Positions 8,962 through 19,800 of a stretch of 64,000 bases of DNA are shown piece after piece. The translations under genes and the position numbers were made by a program. This DNA is from Fibrobacteria bacterium (lineage in GTDB: Bacteria; Fibrobacterota; Fibrobacteria; UBA11236; JADFYW01), in NCBI GenBank assembly GCA_015232855.1, contig JADFYW010000004.1:21488-85487 (forward strand), given 5' to 3'. The notes below the pieces were generated by a model that was given only the letters and a program-made list of their open reading frames with translations, did not search any database and was not told where the DNA came from. The first letter of the stretch is position 1. Each line of letters begins with the position of its first letter.

Positions 8962-10635
8962 ATGTGGAACGGTAAACAAACAGCTTTTATACTCGTTATC
9001 TTTCTAATGGCAGGGCATGGTTTATGTGGTAAGATAATCTATCCCTGGCGGGCAACTACAGCAATTGTAAAAGCAGGAGAGAGCTTTACTGTATTTTTTG
9101 ATGCAGAAAGTGGTGAATCAATAGATTCTGTGGTTCTTGTTGGACCTTATAATCGTATTACTCAATCTTCTCTAAATATTGAAACAGGAGACTTTGTATA
9201 TGATGCGTTAACCAGTGCAGCGTATAATACACAGATAACGGTTCCTGTTGAGGCTTCTGCTCCATCAGAATTATATACCCTGATTTTATACACTACCAAA
9301 GGTGAACAATTTTCAAAAAGTGCGGTTAAGGTTGTTAAAGCTTATAAAACCAGCTATACCATAATGCATATGTCTGATACTCATATCAGCAGGCATAAAA
9401 AAAACGGATATGCTCAGGAGCTTGAATGGTTCACCAATTTAGTTGATATAGCTAATATTATAGGGCCTGACTTAGTGTTTATCACCGGTGATTGCAGTAA
9501 TGAACTTACTGAAAATGGCGATTTTTCCGCAGAGGAGCGATGGGATTTTGTTTATAATGGACATGAAAATTTACAGGGCTTTCATGGTATTCATTCACCG
9601 GTATTTACACTCCCCGGTAATCACGACTACTATAAAACCAGTAATGGAGCAGCCTACTGGAATACCCATAACGGAATAAGGATGCACCATTTTACTTTTG
9701 GAGAGAGTAGATACATGGTGCTTGATAACTCACAAGGCGATGATCTTGCTGCACAATTAAGTCATCATCAATCCTGGTTGGATAGTGTTGGCCCTGGCAG
9801 TTTTCGTGGAATGGCAGAACATAAAACAGACCGGGTCGATCATGATTTTCTGGATAACAATAATGTACAACTTATTATGGAAGGACATACCCATTTAGTC
9901 TGGCAAATGCCTGATCAAAGTAGTACGGGTTTCCGGGGAACAACTCCCACACTCTATTCAATACCCGGGAGTGCCAGTAATATTACTTCTGCTACTGGTC
10001 GTGATAATATCGGATGGTTTCGTTTGCTTTATGTAAATGGTGCTTCTGTTGATACGATTACACGATTACAGTATGCCGATAACACTGAAGAAGACCCATC
10101 ACAACATAACGTAAAATTGAGAATTGAATATAGTGGAGATGGTGAAGGCAATCAAACGGGGAACCAGGCTTCAATTATAAATGAATTTGATCAGGAATTC
10201 CCAAATTGTCTGGTACGGTTTGTGTTGCCCAAAGGAAATTATGATGTGTCAGCAGGCACCATCGAACAAGTCATTCAAAATGATACCGTAACTGTTTTAG
10301 ATGTAAGAATGGACATACAAGCAAATAGTACGGTTCAATGTTCAGTTTCGGTGTCTGATGTTCAATCTGTTTCTGATCAGAGTGGTGTACCTGAATCATT
10401 TACCCTGTTTAGTTTTAAAGGGGAAATCGTCTCAATACCTGGTTCGGTGGGGGCCCGGGAACCGGTGAGTATTTTTGATATTAATGGAACGCTTATAAAG
10501 CGTATTAAAAAATCAGGGGAGTATCTTACCTGGGATCTTACCAACAAGTATAACAACCAGGTGCAGGAAGGCCTTTATGTTATTATGCCATTTAAGAAAA
10601 AGCTGTATGTAACTGCAGACGATGTTGTGTTTTAA
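8962..10635 (+). CDS. Secreted calcineurin-like metallophosphoesterase with T9SS-like C-terminal sorting domain
   Basis: Signal peptide; motifs HMSDTHIS, ITGDCSNE, LPGNHDYY, EGHTH (metallophosphoesterase signature blocks); C-terminal beta-rich domain ending ...GLYVIMPFKKKLYV. Confidence 0.65.
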   Translation: MWNGKQTAFILVIFLMAGHGLCGKIIYPWRATTAIVKAGESFTVFFDAESGESIDSVVLVGPYNRITQSSLNIETGDFVYDALTSAAYNTQITVPVEASAPSELYTLILYTTKGEQFSKSAVKVVKAYKTSYTIMHMSDTHISRHKKNGYAQELEWFTNLVDIANIIGPDLVFITGDCSNELTENGDFSAEERWDFVYNGHENLQGFHGIHSPVFTLPGNHDYYKTSNGAAYWNTHNGIRMHHFTFGESRYMVLDNSQGDDLAAQLSHHQSWLDSVGPGSFRGMAEHKTDRVDHDFLDNNNVQLIMEGHTHLVWQMPDQSSTGFRGTTPTLYSIPGSASNITSATGRDNIGWFRLLYVNGASVDTITRLQYADNTEEDPSQHNVKLRIEYSGDGEGNQTGNQASIINEFDQEFPNCLVRFVLPKGNYDVSAGTIEQVIQNDTVTVLDVRMDIQANSTVQCSVSVSDVQSVSDQSGVPESFTLFSFKGEIVSIPGSVGAREPVSIFDINGTLIKRIKKSGEYLTWDLTNKYNNQVQEGLYVIMPFKKKLYVTADDVVF

Positions 10636-10646
10636 AAATAAATCTG

Positions 10647-12182
10647 ATGAAAAGTAATAAAGGGGGAAATATGTATCTTGTAAAAAAAATCCATACCAAA
10701 AGAAATTTTTGGTTAATTGTGGTGTTTTGTATTTTAGCCATGCTGGCGATTGGCGACCGGCCGGTTTATGCCCAGGCAGATACAACGTTATATCTTCACG
10801 GGCAACTGGTCCCAAATCCCCAATACCCAAAATGGTTGGTGAGATGGGATTCGGTATCACATAACCATGAACCGGTTATGATTGTGGGCCCGGGTGATCC
10901 CGAAAGTTTTCTTTTTCTGGACAAACGGGAAGAAATGATCGATCGTATTGCAGAATACGGTGGTGATTGTCTCTATATAATGGCTGATGCTACCGGAGAT
11001 ACCAAGGGTGCAGAAGCATATGTTAACGGTGATGCCCGACAAGGGTATGAACCAGAAACTCTGGACGATTGGGAAAGGGTTTTAAGCAAAGCGGATTCTA
11101 ATAATATTGTCATTGTATTCTTTTTTTATGATGATGATATTAATCCCTTTGGTACCAGTTATACTGTTTCTGAAGATGAAGAAAGAAATATTAAGCAATT
11201 GGTACAGCGATTTGACCATTTGAAAAACCTTGTTTGGGTCCAGGGAGAAGAGGCAACTGAAAAGAAAAACCACTTGCGCGGCAAAGACTGGGCAGACAAG
11301 GTTCGTCAATATGACCGGCATGACCATATTATAGGTATGCATGCTTTTTCTATGATGGATGGGAGCCAATTTCGGGAAGCGGTAAAATATTTTGGTGCTG
11401 CTGATGCCAGTAATGTTGAGCAGTTAACAGCAAAGTGTTCAACTGCTGATGAGGATGCATATCATAATTGCATAGTGAATATGTTTGAGCAATTCCGTCC
11501 CGATATGCATGTAAATATTTCCGAAAATACCCGCTCAGGTCGCGATGATGAATGGAGAACATTAATGTGGTCAGGAACTATGGGTGGAGCTGCTATCCAT
11601 ATGCAATTGCGTACAGACATTCTTAATGCCAAAGATCAGGAACTCATCGATTATCGAAATATGAAAAACTTTTTTGAAGCTACAGATTTCACCCTCACCG
11701 TGCCCAAAGACGAGGTTATAAGTGGTGATACCAAATACGCTCTCGCCGGTGGTGACAGTGTATTTATCGGATGGTCTAAAACGGCAAGCAGTGCTATGGG
11801 CTTTTCGGGTATGAAAACCGGAGTGTATAGCTTAAAATGGTATGATGTGGTTACAGGCGAAATGAGTTATGAAGACAGTGTGGAGGTCACTTCTGCTGAA
11901 ACGACATTTCCACTGCCTGATGGATTGAGTGGAGAAGTTGCTCTTTACGCTCGTCTGGGTGTATTTGCCGATACCGCAGAAGTGGTTGGAGTTAGTCAAA
12001 TAGGTATAAATAAGCATGTTCAATCCAATGGGTACCAGAAAGCCGTTTTTATGAACGGTGCAACAATAGACGTAAAGGATCAGAATATAATGCTCTATGA
12101 CATTGAGGGAAAAGCTGTACCTGCATCGGTGGTGCACAATGGAAAGTTAAACGGTGTGTATTTTATTAAACAGAATAAATAG
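10647..12182 (+). CDS. Secreted hypothetical protein with T9SS-like C-terminal domain (likely start at 10671 MYLVKK)
   Basis: Signal peptide after internal Met; C-terminal ~80 aa beta domain ending GKLNGVYFIKQNK typical of Por-secretion tails. Confidence 0.45.
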   Translation: MKSNKGGNMYLVKKIHTKRNFWLIVVFCILAMLAIGDRPVYAQADTTLYLHGQLVPNPQYPKWLVRWDSVSHNHEPVMIVGPGDPESFLFLDKREEMIDRIAEYGGDCLYIMADATGDTKGAEAYVNGDARQGYEPETLDDWERVLSKADSNNIVIVFFFYDDDINPFGTSYTVSEDEERNIKQLVQRFDHLKNLVWVQGEEATEKKNHLRGKDWADKVRQYDRHDHIIGMHAFSMMDGSQFREAVKYFGAADASNVEQLTAKCSTADEDAYHNCIVNMFEQFRPDMHVNISENTRSGRDDEWRTLMWSGTMGGAAIHMQLRTDILNAKDQELIDYRNMKNFFEATDFTLTVPKDEVISGDTKYALAGGDSVFIGWSKTASSAMGFSGMKTGVYSLKWYDVVTGEMSYEDSVEVTSAETTFPLPDGLSGEVALYARLGVFADTAEVVGVSQIGINKHVQSNGYQKAVFMNGATIDVKDQNIMLYDIEGKAVPASVVHNGKLNGVYFIKQNK

Positions 12183-12224
12183 AACGTGAGCACTAAGAAT
12201 TTAAAGCTAGTAAAACAGTCATTC

Positions 12225-12358
12225 CGGCTTGCACCCCTAGGGCAGGCTTCGCGCTCCGGAATCAAGGCTATAGCCAGTTTATTCCATATTTTACCAAATT
12301 AAAAATTGAAAAATCATATCCGCTATTTTCCTGATTCCGGACAAGCTGGAATGACAGG
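12225..12358. repeat. REP-family palindromic elements (two copies, one with an expanded loop)
   Basis: CAGTCATTCCGGCTTGCACCCCTAGGGCAGGCTTCGCGCTCCGGAATC and CCTGATTCCGGACAAGCTGGAATGACAGG. Confidence 0.7.
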
Positions 12359-12417
12359 AATAATAACTATAACTTATCGAATTAATAAGTAACAGAGATA
12401 CAATTTAGGAGGAAAAA

Positions 12418-13749
12418 ATGATCAGAGTACTTGTTTTAACAATAATGCTTTTGCCTGTTTCAATGCTGGCATTAGAATATACCTTTCCGGGAACAACCTG
12501 GGAAACAGCAACTCCTGAAGAAGTTGGGCTTGATGCAGGGGCCGTCAATACAGCTGCTTCTCAGCTAGGCGGGCATGGGGCTATTATTCGTTACGGATAT
12601 GTAGTTAAAGTATGGGGTAGTAGCGGTTTAGCTGCTTCTACTGATTGGGCTTCATCATGTAAACCTATTTTCTCATTGATGATCTGGAAGGCTATTCATG
12701 ACGGTAAAGTAGAAAGCTTTCAGACTCTGGTAAAAGACATTATGACCGACCAAACCTTTAATGAAAAAGATTCAAAAATTCAACTGTACCATCTTGCTCA
12801 TATGACATCAGGGTGGGGCAGGGCGGAGGACCCCGGTGATGCTTTTTCGTATAACGACTGGGCTATTAATCTTTATGGTAAGGCTGTGTACCATTATATT
12901 TTTAAAGAATCCGGGACGACGCCATCTGAAATTATGCAGAGCGAACTTTCTATGCTTCAGTTTGAACATGATCCCGGCTTACATGAAACCAAAGTTGGTC
13001 GTTGGGCTGATGTTTCTGTTGGCGATGCTGGTCGCATGGCTCATTTGTTTTTGAATGATGGTAACTGGAATGGAACACAGGTGATAAATAAAGGAGAAAT
13101 TTATAATATGTTAGGTCAGGTTGTTCCCGCTGATTTGCCCATAACCAAAGCTGAAGGTGATATGAGTTTTAATTCCGGAACTCTGGGTGGCCGGAGTACG
13201 TATCAAAACGATGGTAATATGGGGCCGGGAAGTTATTCCTTTAACTTTTGGTTAAATGCGAACAAAAAATTATGGCCGGATCTTGATACCAATGTATTTC
13301 AGGGTAATGGGCATTTTGGAAGGGAAAATTATACCATTTTCCCCAATGAACAGCTCATCGTCATTCATTATGGTAATACGTTCAGTAACTCACAAATGAA
13401 TTCCAGATACAAACCTCTTCTCGAAGGAGTAACGAGTAATCCTATTGAACCCATAAATGAAATTGGGCCGGCACCGGTTAATATTCAAGAGACGCAAGCA
13501 GCCAAAAATAAGACCATTAATATATATTCAACCTCCCAAAAGTCAGGGCTTGTTCTTGGTCTGCCTGTGTTCTCTGGTATTGGAAAACTGAGAATCGTTA
13601 ATACCCAGGGGTTAACTCTTGTACAGGAACGTGTACATTCCGGGGATAAATTCAACTGGGATACCAAACAAATAAAACCAGGTGTGTATTTTGCAGAACT
13701 GAATGCAGAAGGACTAAAGGTTCGTCGAAAACTTACTTTGACTCATTAA
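12418..13749 (+). CDS. Secreted serine-hydrolase-like (beta-lactamase fold?) protein with T9SS-like C-terminal domain
   Basis: Signal peptide; possible SxxK motif (SSCK) near residue 78; C-terminal tail KPGVYFAELNAEGLKVRRKLTLTH strongly resembles the T9SS CTD consensus. Confidence 0.4.
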   Translation: MIRVLVLTIMLLPVSMLALEYTFPGTTWETATPEEVGLDAGAVNTAASQLGGHGAIIRYGYVVKVWGSSGLAASTDWASSCKPIFSLMIWKAIHDGKVESFQTLVKDIMTDQTFNEKDSKIQLYHLAHMTSGWGRAEDPGDAFSYNDWAINLYGKAVYHYIFKESGTTPSEIMQSELSMLQFEHDPGLHETKVGRWADVSVGDAGRMAHLFLNDGNWNGTQVINKGEIYNMLGQVVPADLPITKAEGDMSFNSGTLGGRSTYQNDGNMGPGSYSFNFWLNANKKLWPDLDTNVFQGNGHFGRENYTIFPNEQLIVIHYGNTFSNSQMNSRYKPLLEGVTSNPIEPINEIGPAPVNIQETQAAKNKTINIYSTSQKSGLVLGLPVFSGIGKLRIVNTQGLTLVQERVHSGDKFNWDTKQIKPGVYFAELNAEGLKVRRKLTLTH

Positions 13750-13769
13750 TATCAATTCAAAGCACACAC

Positions 13770-13925
13770 AACTCAACGCAAAGGCGCAAAGAACGCGAAG
13801 GTTTCGCAAAGGTACTTGAAATAAAATTAAATGATATCCTAATATTTTATATAATGTTATGATTTTTACCATTTCTTTTTTCTTTGCGAATACTTTGCGT
13901 CCTCTGCGCCTTTGCGGTGAAAAGG
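13770..13925. repeat. MITE-like element, CGCAAAG-arm family, copy 1
   Basis: CAACGCAAAGGCGCAAAGAACGCGAAGGTTTCGCAAAGG ... CTTTGCGAATACTTTGCGTCCTCTGCGCCTTTGCGGTG around an AT-rich 70-bp core. Confidence 0.75.
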
Positions 13926-13943
13926 GTTCGTTTTGAACGGTAA

Positions 13944-14471
13944 CTAACTCGTCTGGTTTGCAGCAATTGCTATTTTTGCACAGGCCAGCGCATCACTCAT
14001 GGCATCATGATGATTTAACGGGATACCAAGGAAATCACATACATCCGGCAATTTGGTGGGATAGAGGTTCCAGGTATTCCTTGCCAGTTTTACGGTACAT
14101 TCAAAGGGAATATCTGGTGGCGCTAGATCTGCACTACGACAGCAGGCTTTGAGGACCGACTTATCAAATGATGCATTATGAGCAGCAAGATAATCCGCTC
14201 CTTCGAGTAAAGGTGACAGTTCTGGCCATATTTCTGCGAAGACAGGCTCATCGGCTACCTGTGGCCAGGTAATGCCGTGAATATAGGTGAACAGTATTTT
14301 TTTACGTGGCGGCCTGATAAGGCGATAGTCTGTTTGAACTATCTGGTTGTTTTCAACCTTTACCAGGGCCACGGCACAGGCACTGTCCCGATAACGATCT
14401 GCAGTCTCAAAATCAATGGCTACAAAATTATTTGGTGTTGTTTCTGATTTTGCTTTTGACACATCAGTCAA
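13944..14471 (-). CDS. DEDDh 3'-5' exonuclease (DnaQ/epsilon-like, stand-alone)
   Basis: Exo I FVAIDFETAD, Exo II HNASFDKSVL, Exo III HHDAMSDALACAKI motifs in correct order; 175 aa. Confidence 0.8.
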   Translation of the reverse strand: MTDVSKAKSETTPNNFVAIDFETADRYRDSACAVALVKVENNQIVQTDYRLIRPPRKKILFTYIHGITWPQVADEPVFAEIWPELSPLLEGADYLAAHNASFDKSVLKACCRSADLAPPDIPFECTVKLARNTWNLYPTKLPDVCDFLGIPLNHHDAMSDALACAKIAIAANQTS

Positions 14472-14830
14472 TATAATAATAAAGCAACCATATTCTCTTT
14501 GCAGGATAGAGTCTTATCAAAAAACCGTAAACAAAAACCTATGGGAAAAGATGGTTCTGCTTTAAACTGAGTTACGGCGTGTGGATGGTAAGATATGATT
14601 TTATTGTTTTGAGCTAATCAAATCACCATATATTTCCGATAAATTGAGGAGTATTTGAATTAGGTAGTAATATTTTAGGATAATTAAAATAAACACCAAA
14701 GCACTAGTACAACTTGAGTTGTTTAAAGGATTGTAACTTGTTTAAGACAAAAGACTTACTATCTAAAATAGGTTTCAGGTATTTGATTCTTTGTTTTATT
14801 TGTTTCAGAATGCTGGCTGGAGATTAATAG

Positions 14831-15820
14831 TTGAACTTCGAAAATAACGATCAGAACTCACATCCAGGTATTGTAGACAAGGCCTATCCAACCGGTGCAT
14901 CTCCCTTTCTTGACCGTGAAAACTCTGAAAATTTCAGGAATGACGAGTCTGGATCGGAAAATTCATTTTATCCCCATGATACTAAACAACAGAACCAAAA
15001 TCCCTTATCAGCAATTTTTGGGCGATTCATGAAAAGAATCTGGAAGTTGGCTCTTAGCTGGCTGCTTGTCCTCAGCGCCCTTTTTGTTGTATTTATAATG
15101 GTTGATTTTGAATATAAGGTCTCTGGTCATGTAAAAATTATGCCCATGAAAACATGGAAAGTGTATGCTCATGCAGATGGTATCATTGCAAAAGTACCGT
15201 TCAATCCCGGAAAGGTGGTAATGAAAGGGGATACCCTGTTTAGTTTTAAAAGGGATGAACTTTTGCGGGAACACAAAAAGCAGGAAAATAACCTGGCTAT
15301 TTTAAGTGGAAAGTACGGAAAGAACCCAAATAAAATGCAACGATTGAAAATTGATAAAGAGAAACTTGTTTTATCAGATATCGAAGCCGATTTACGAGCT
15401 ACCGTAGTATGTGCCCCGATTTCCGGGAGATTACGAAAGGGAAATACCAGAGTTCTGGCAGGCAAAAAGGTTAGAAGAGGTGATGAGCTGGCCGAGGTAG
15501 TGGCCTTGACTCGTTTGAAGCTGAAAATATTGGTACCGGAAGATGATATTAATTTGGTGAAAACCGGGCAAACACTGGCCTTCAGGTTGCGGGCTATGCC
15601 CGAACAACTGTATTATGGGATAATCAAACAGATTTCTTATGAAACAGTCATCATAAATGGAGATACTTTTTATGAGGTCTTTGCGGCGATACAAAAAAAT
15701 GCGATTGGTTTACGGGCCGGGCTGACCGGTCGCGGGAAGATTACTACGGATAAGCGTTCTGTTCTTTCACGGCTTATTGAAAAACCGAAAAGGTTTTTTT
15801 TGCTGTACTTTAAACTGTGA
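14831..15820 (+). CDS. HlyD-family membrane fusion / secretion adaptor protein
   Basis: Single N-terminal TM (LALSWLLVLSALFVVFIMV) followed by biotinyl/lipoyl-like hairpin (GIIAKVPFNPGKVVMKGDTLF), coiled coil and beta-barrel segments. Confidence 0.5.
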   Translation: MNFENNDQNSHPGIVDKAYPTGASPFLDRENSENFRNDESGSENSFYPHDTKQQNQNPLSAIFGRFMKRIWKLALSWLLVLSALFVVFIMVDFEYKVSGHVKIMPMKTWKVYAHADGIIAKVPFNPGKVVMKGDTLFSFKRDELLREHKKQENNLAILSGKYGKNPNKMQRLKIDKEKLVLSDIEADLRATVVCAPISGRLRKGNTRVLAGKKVRRGDELAEVVALTRLKLKILVPEDDINLVKTGQTLAFRLRAMPEQLYYGIIKQISYETVIINGDTFYEVFAAIQKNAIGLRAGLTGRGKITTDKRSVLSRLIEKPKRFFLLYFKL

Positions 15821-15913
15821 TTTTGGAATAAATTTATTGCCTGAAGTCACTGTTTTTTACATAATCTCACTTTCTAATCTGCCAAATATTGTTACTATTA
15901 CCGTGGCTATTAA

Positions 15914-16657
15914 TTGAGCAGCAACATGAAAATTTTATATAAGCTTTGGGTCGTAACAATTATACTGACATATCTGTTTGCTCAGTATCTCTGGTTTCGT
16001 TGCATTCAAATCTTTAAAGAACGAAAATTTCAGCAGGACTGGATTGAACATAATGTTATCATCTGGGGACTAGCCTGCTCAAAGTTACTTCGTCTGGACT
16101 GTAAAGTATATGGCCATGATGTTCTGAGTCGTCTAAAATGGGAACGGAATATATTCCTGGTTGCAAATCACCAGTCCTATGCTGATATACCAGCCCTATA
16201 CGTGGCTTCACAGAAAATGTATGGTTTTGTTGCCAAGTACGAACTTAAACGTATTCCTTTTCTCAGTTTCTGGATGCGTGTACAAGGTTGTGTTTTTATT
16301 AACCGGTCCAAATCAATCCAGACGATCAAAAAATTGCGGCGACTCGAAAAGCAGGGTAAATCATGTAACCTCGCTATCTTCCCCGAAGGTACTCGCAGTA
16401 AAGACGGGCAGCTTGGACCGTTTAAACCCGGAATTCTTAGAATCGCCTGGCAGCTTGATGCGGTGCTTGTCCCGGTTGTTATTAAAGGTACCAGGGCTGC
16501 CTGGGAAAACAGGGAAAAAATAAACCAGGACTATCCGGTAAACGTCCGTTTCAATACTGAAATTGATCTCAGAGTCGAAAAGAAAACAAAGAAATTTGAC
16601 CAATGGCAAAAAGAATTCTACGAGCAATATCAGATCCTGCACGCCAGTTTGAATTAG
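15914..16657 (+). CDS. plsC: 1-acyl-sn-glycerol-3-phosphate acyltransferase
   Basis: Acyltransferase motif I NHQSYADIP (HX4D) and motif III FPEGTRS; N-terminal membrane anchor. Confidence 0.8.
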   Translation: MSSNMKILYKLWVVTIILTYLFAQYLWFRCIQIFKERKFQQDWIEHNVIIWGLACSKLLRLDCKVYGHDVLSRLKWERNIFLVANHQSYADIPALYVASQKMYGFVAKYELKRIPFLSFWMRVQGCVFINRSKSIQTIKKLRRLEKQGKSCNLAIFPEGTRSKDGQLGPFKPGILRIAWQLDAVLVPVVIKGTRAAWENREKINQDYPVNVRFNTEIDLRVEKKTKKFDQWQKEFYEQYQILHASLN

Positions 16658-16874
16658 TCCTTTATTAATTAAGAAGACAGGGATAGGATCCCGGCATCTT
16701 TTGTTTTTTTGCGGCAGGCCAGACCTGTAACTTGTGTCCTTAGAGAAAATTGTTAATACTGTTATTTTGGGCTAAAAAAACTGCTGCGTAGTCTCTCAAA
16801 TTTTGCTAAATTGCCAAAGAAGCGTGAGCTGATTAATTAACCATTAATAGTGAATAAACAGGAGTCAATATTAA

Positions 16875-19800
16875 ATGATCAATATTTCCATTACCCTCGA
16901 TGGCCAGAAACTATCAATTGAGAATAATCAAACCATTCTTGATGTATGCCGTCAAAACGGGAAAGAAATTCCAGCTTTCTGTGATAGCGACCAATTAGAA
17001 CCTATAGGTACTTGCCGGATATGTGTTGTAGAAGCTGTTGGAGAGGGACTGATAACATCCTGCAACACTAAGGTTCGTGATGGCATGATCATTTTAACAG
17101 ATAGTGAAAAAGTTATTGAATCCCGTAAAAAAACGCTGGAAACGCTTTTATCCCGGCATTATGCTGATTGTACGGCTCCTTGCCAGGATGCTTGCCCAGC
17201 CGGTATCGATATTCAGGGTTATCTTGCCCTCATTCGCAGGGGATCCTTTGCCGAGGCTGTTCAGCTTATCAAAGAACGCTTGCCATTACCGGGCATTATA
17301 GGACGCGTTTGCCCCCGTCCCTGTGAATCCGCGTGTCGTCGTACTCTGGTAGACGAACCTATTGCTATTTGTCAGCTCAAACGCTTTGTAGCTGATTCTG
17401 AATTATTAAACCAAGGTATACCAACACCTGACTCTGTTACTTCCAGCGGAAAAAAGGTAGCCATTATTGGTTCGGGCCCGGCAGGGCTTTCTGCTGCCTA
17501 TTATCTTAGGCGTAATGGGCATGATGTAACCATTTACGAGTCGCTTCCAAAACCCGGTGGAATGCTTAGATACGGTATTCCTGATTATCGCCTTCCACCC
17601 GATATTCTGGATAAAGAAATTAATGCCATAACTGACATGGGGGTAGAGCTCATTACCGGAAAATCTTTGGGTAGTGACTTCAGTGTTGAGTCATTGAAGA
17701 AAGATGGCTTTAATGCTGTGTTCCTGGCAATAGGGGCCCATAACAGTTATAAGCTTAAATTAGAGGGCGAAGAGTCAGAGGGCGTGTTTCCCGGAACAGA
17801 TTTTTTGCGTCAGTTCACCATGGGTGAATCCATTGAAATTGGTGATAAGGTTGCCGTATTGGGAGGTGGCAATACCGCTATTGACGCTGCACGTACCGCG
17901 CTTCGCATGGGAGCAGCGGAGGTTACCATTGTTTATCGTCGTACCCGTGCAGAGATGCCCGCCAGCAGCTGGGAAATTGATGAGGCTGAGGAAGAAGGCG
18001 TTAAACTGCATTTTCTCACAGGCCCGATCCGGATTGTTACTGAAGAAGGGCGGGCAACTGGTATCGAATGCATTAAAATGGAATTGGGACAAGCTGATAA
18101 AAGTGGTCGCCCACGTCCACAGCCCGTTGAGGGCTCCGAATTCATTATTCCTGTTACCGCTGTCATTCCAGCTATTGGTCAGGGGCCGGATATATCTCCG
18201 GTTAAGGATACAGAACTGCAATTTTCCAGATGGGGAACCATTGATGCTGATGAACATTCTCAGGTCACTAATATTGAAGGTGTTTTTTCTGGTGGTGATT
18301 GTCAGACCGGCGCTGCAACCGCAGTAGAAGCTATTGCTGCTGGTAGACGTGCAGCTAACGGTATTCATGCTTATCTTAAAGGAAAAACACTGGTCCCAGA
18401 AAAGGTGTACAACGCTTCAAAGGGAAAGCTAAATGAACTTGAAGGCAGAGAAGAATTTGCTCAAATAGAAAAAAAATCCAGGCTTGCAATGCCTTTGAAC
18501 CATCCAAAATCACTCAAAAATAATTTTGAAGAATTAGAAAAGGGTTTTGCTGAGGCGGGAGCTATAGAGGAAGCTGGCCGTTGTCTGGAATGTGGTTGTA
18601 AGGCTAACTATTATTGTGATTTACGTCGGTGGTCTGCAGAATATGGTATGACTACCCAACCTGAACCGGTTGATGTAAATTCATATCCCAGGCTTAATCC
18701 TCACCCCTTTATTGAAGCTGACAGGAACAAGTGCATCTCCTGTACTCTTTGCCAAAGAATGTGTCATGACGTAGAAGGTATAGGTGTACTTGGTATTGAT
18801 TACCGGATTGATCCTTTACCTTTTGAACAGCCACTAGGCTCAACAGCATGTGAATCCTGTGGGCAATGTGTTGGGAGTTGCCCAGTGGGGGCTCTGGTTG
18901 TCAAAAACGGCCTTAAGCCAGAAAGGGAAGTAAAAACGACCTGTACATTCTGTGGTTGTGGTTGCGGTATTTACCTTGGAGTGCGCGGCAATGAAGTTGT
19001 GTATGTAAGAGGGGATGAAGAAAACCCCGTAAACAAAGGAAATTTATGCGTAAAGGGGCGTTTTGGAAATGATTTTATAAATCACCCTGATCGTCTTACG
19101 ACTCCGCTTATTCGGGAGAACGGGAAACTTCGTGAAGCATCCTGGAAAGAAGCAATGACACTCATTGCCGAAAAGCTTCCCCAGTTTAAGGGTGAAGCCT
19201 TCGTGGGTTTCTCTTCTGCTCGATGTACAAACGAAGATAACTACATCTTCCAAAAATTTGTCCGCAAGGTAATGGGAACAAACAATATTGATCACTGTGC
19301 CAGGCTCTGTCATGCTCCGTCAGTGGCCGGTCTTGCGCAAAGTTTGGGAAGTGGTGCTATGACCAATTCCATGGGCGAGATAGGGAAGGCCTCTACGATT
19401 TTTGCTATTGGTACCAATACCACATCTGCTCATCCTATTATTGGCCTTGAAGTGAAAAAAGCAGTGAAAAATGGAGCAGTGCTTATTGTAGCGAATCCCA
19501 AGCGGATTGATTTATGTCGTTTTGCCGATGTATTTCTGCAGCATAAACCAGGCACTGATGTCGCACTGGTTATGGGGATGGCTAATGCTGTTATTGAAGC
19601 GGGACTTGCTGATGAATCATTTATAAAGGACCGTACAGAAAATTATGCGGCTTTTATGGAATCTCTTAAGGCTTTTACTCCCGAGTTTGTAGAAAAAACT
19701 ACGGGCGTTCCCTGGACACTGATACAAAAAGCAGCAAAAATATATGCATCCAGTAAACCATCTTCCATTTTGTACTCAATGGGAATTACCCAGCATACTC

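Noticed and set aside
17775-18368. Antisense ORFs inside the FDH fusion gene (197, 167, 77 aa) and similar internal ORFs in other large genes (1095-1484, 38002-39442, 47701-48552)
   Set aside because: Fully nested in the opposite strand or an alternative frame of well-supported multidomain genes; low-complexity composition and no independent signals.
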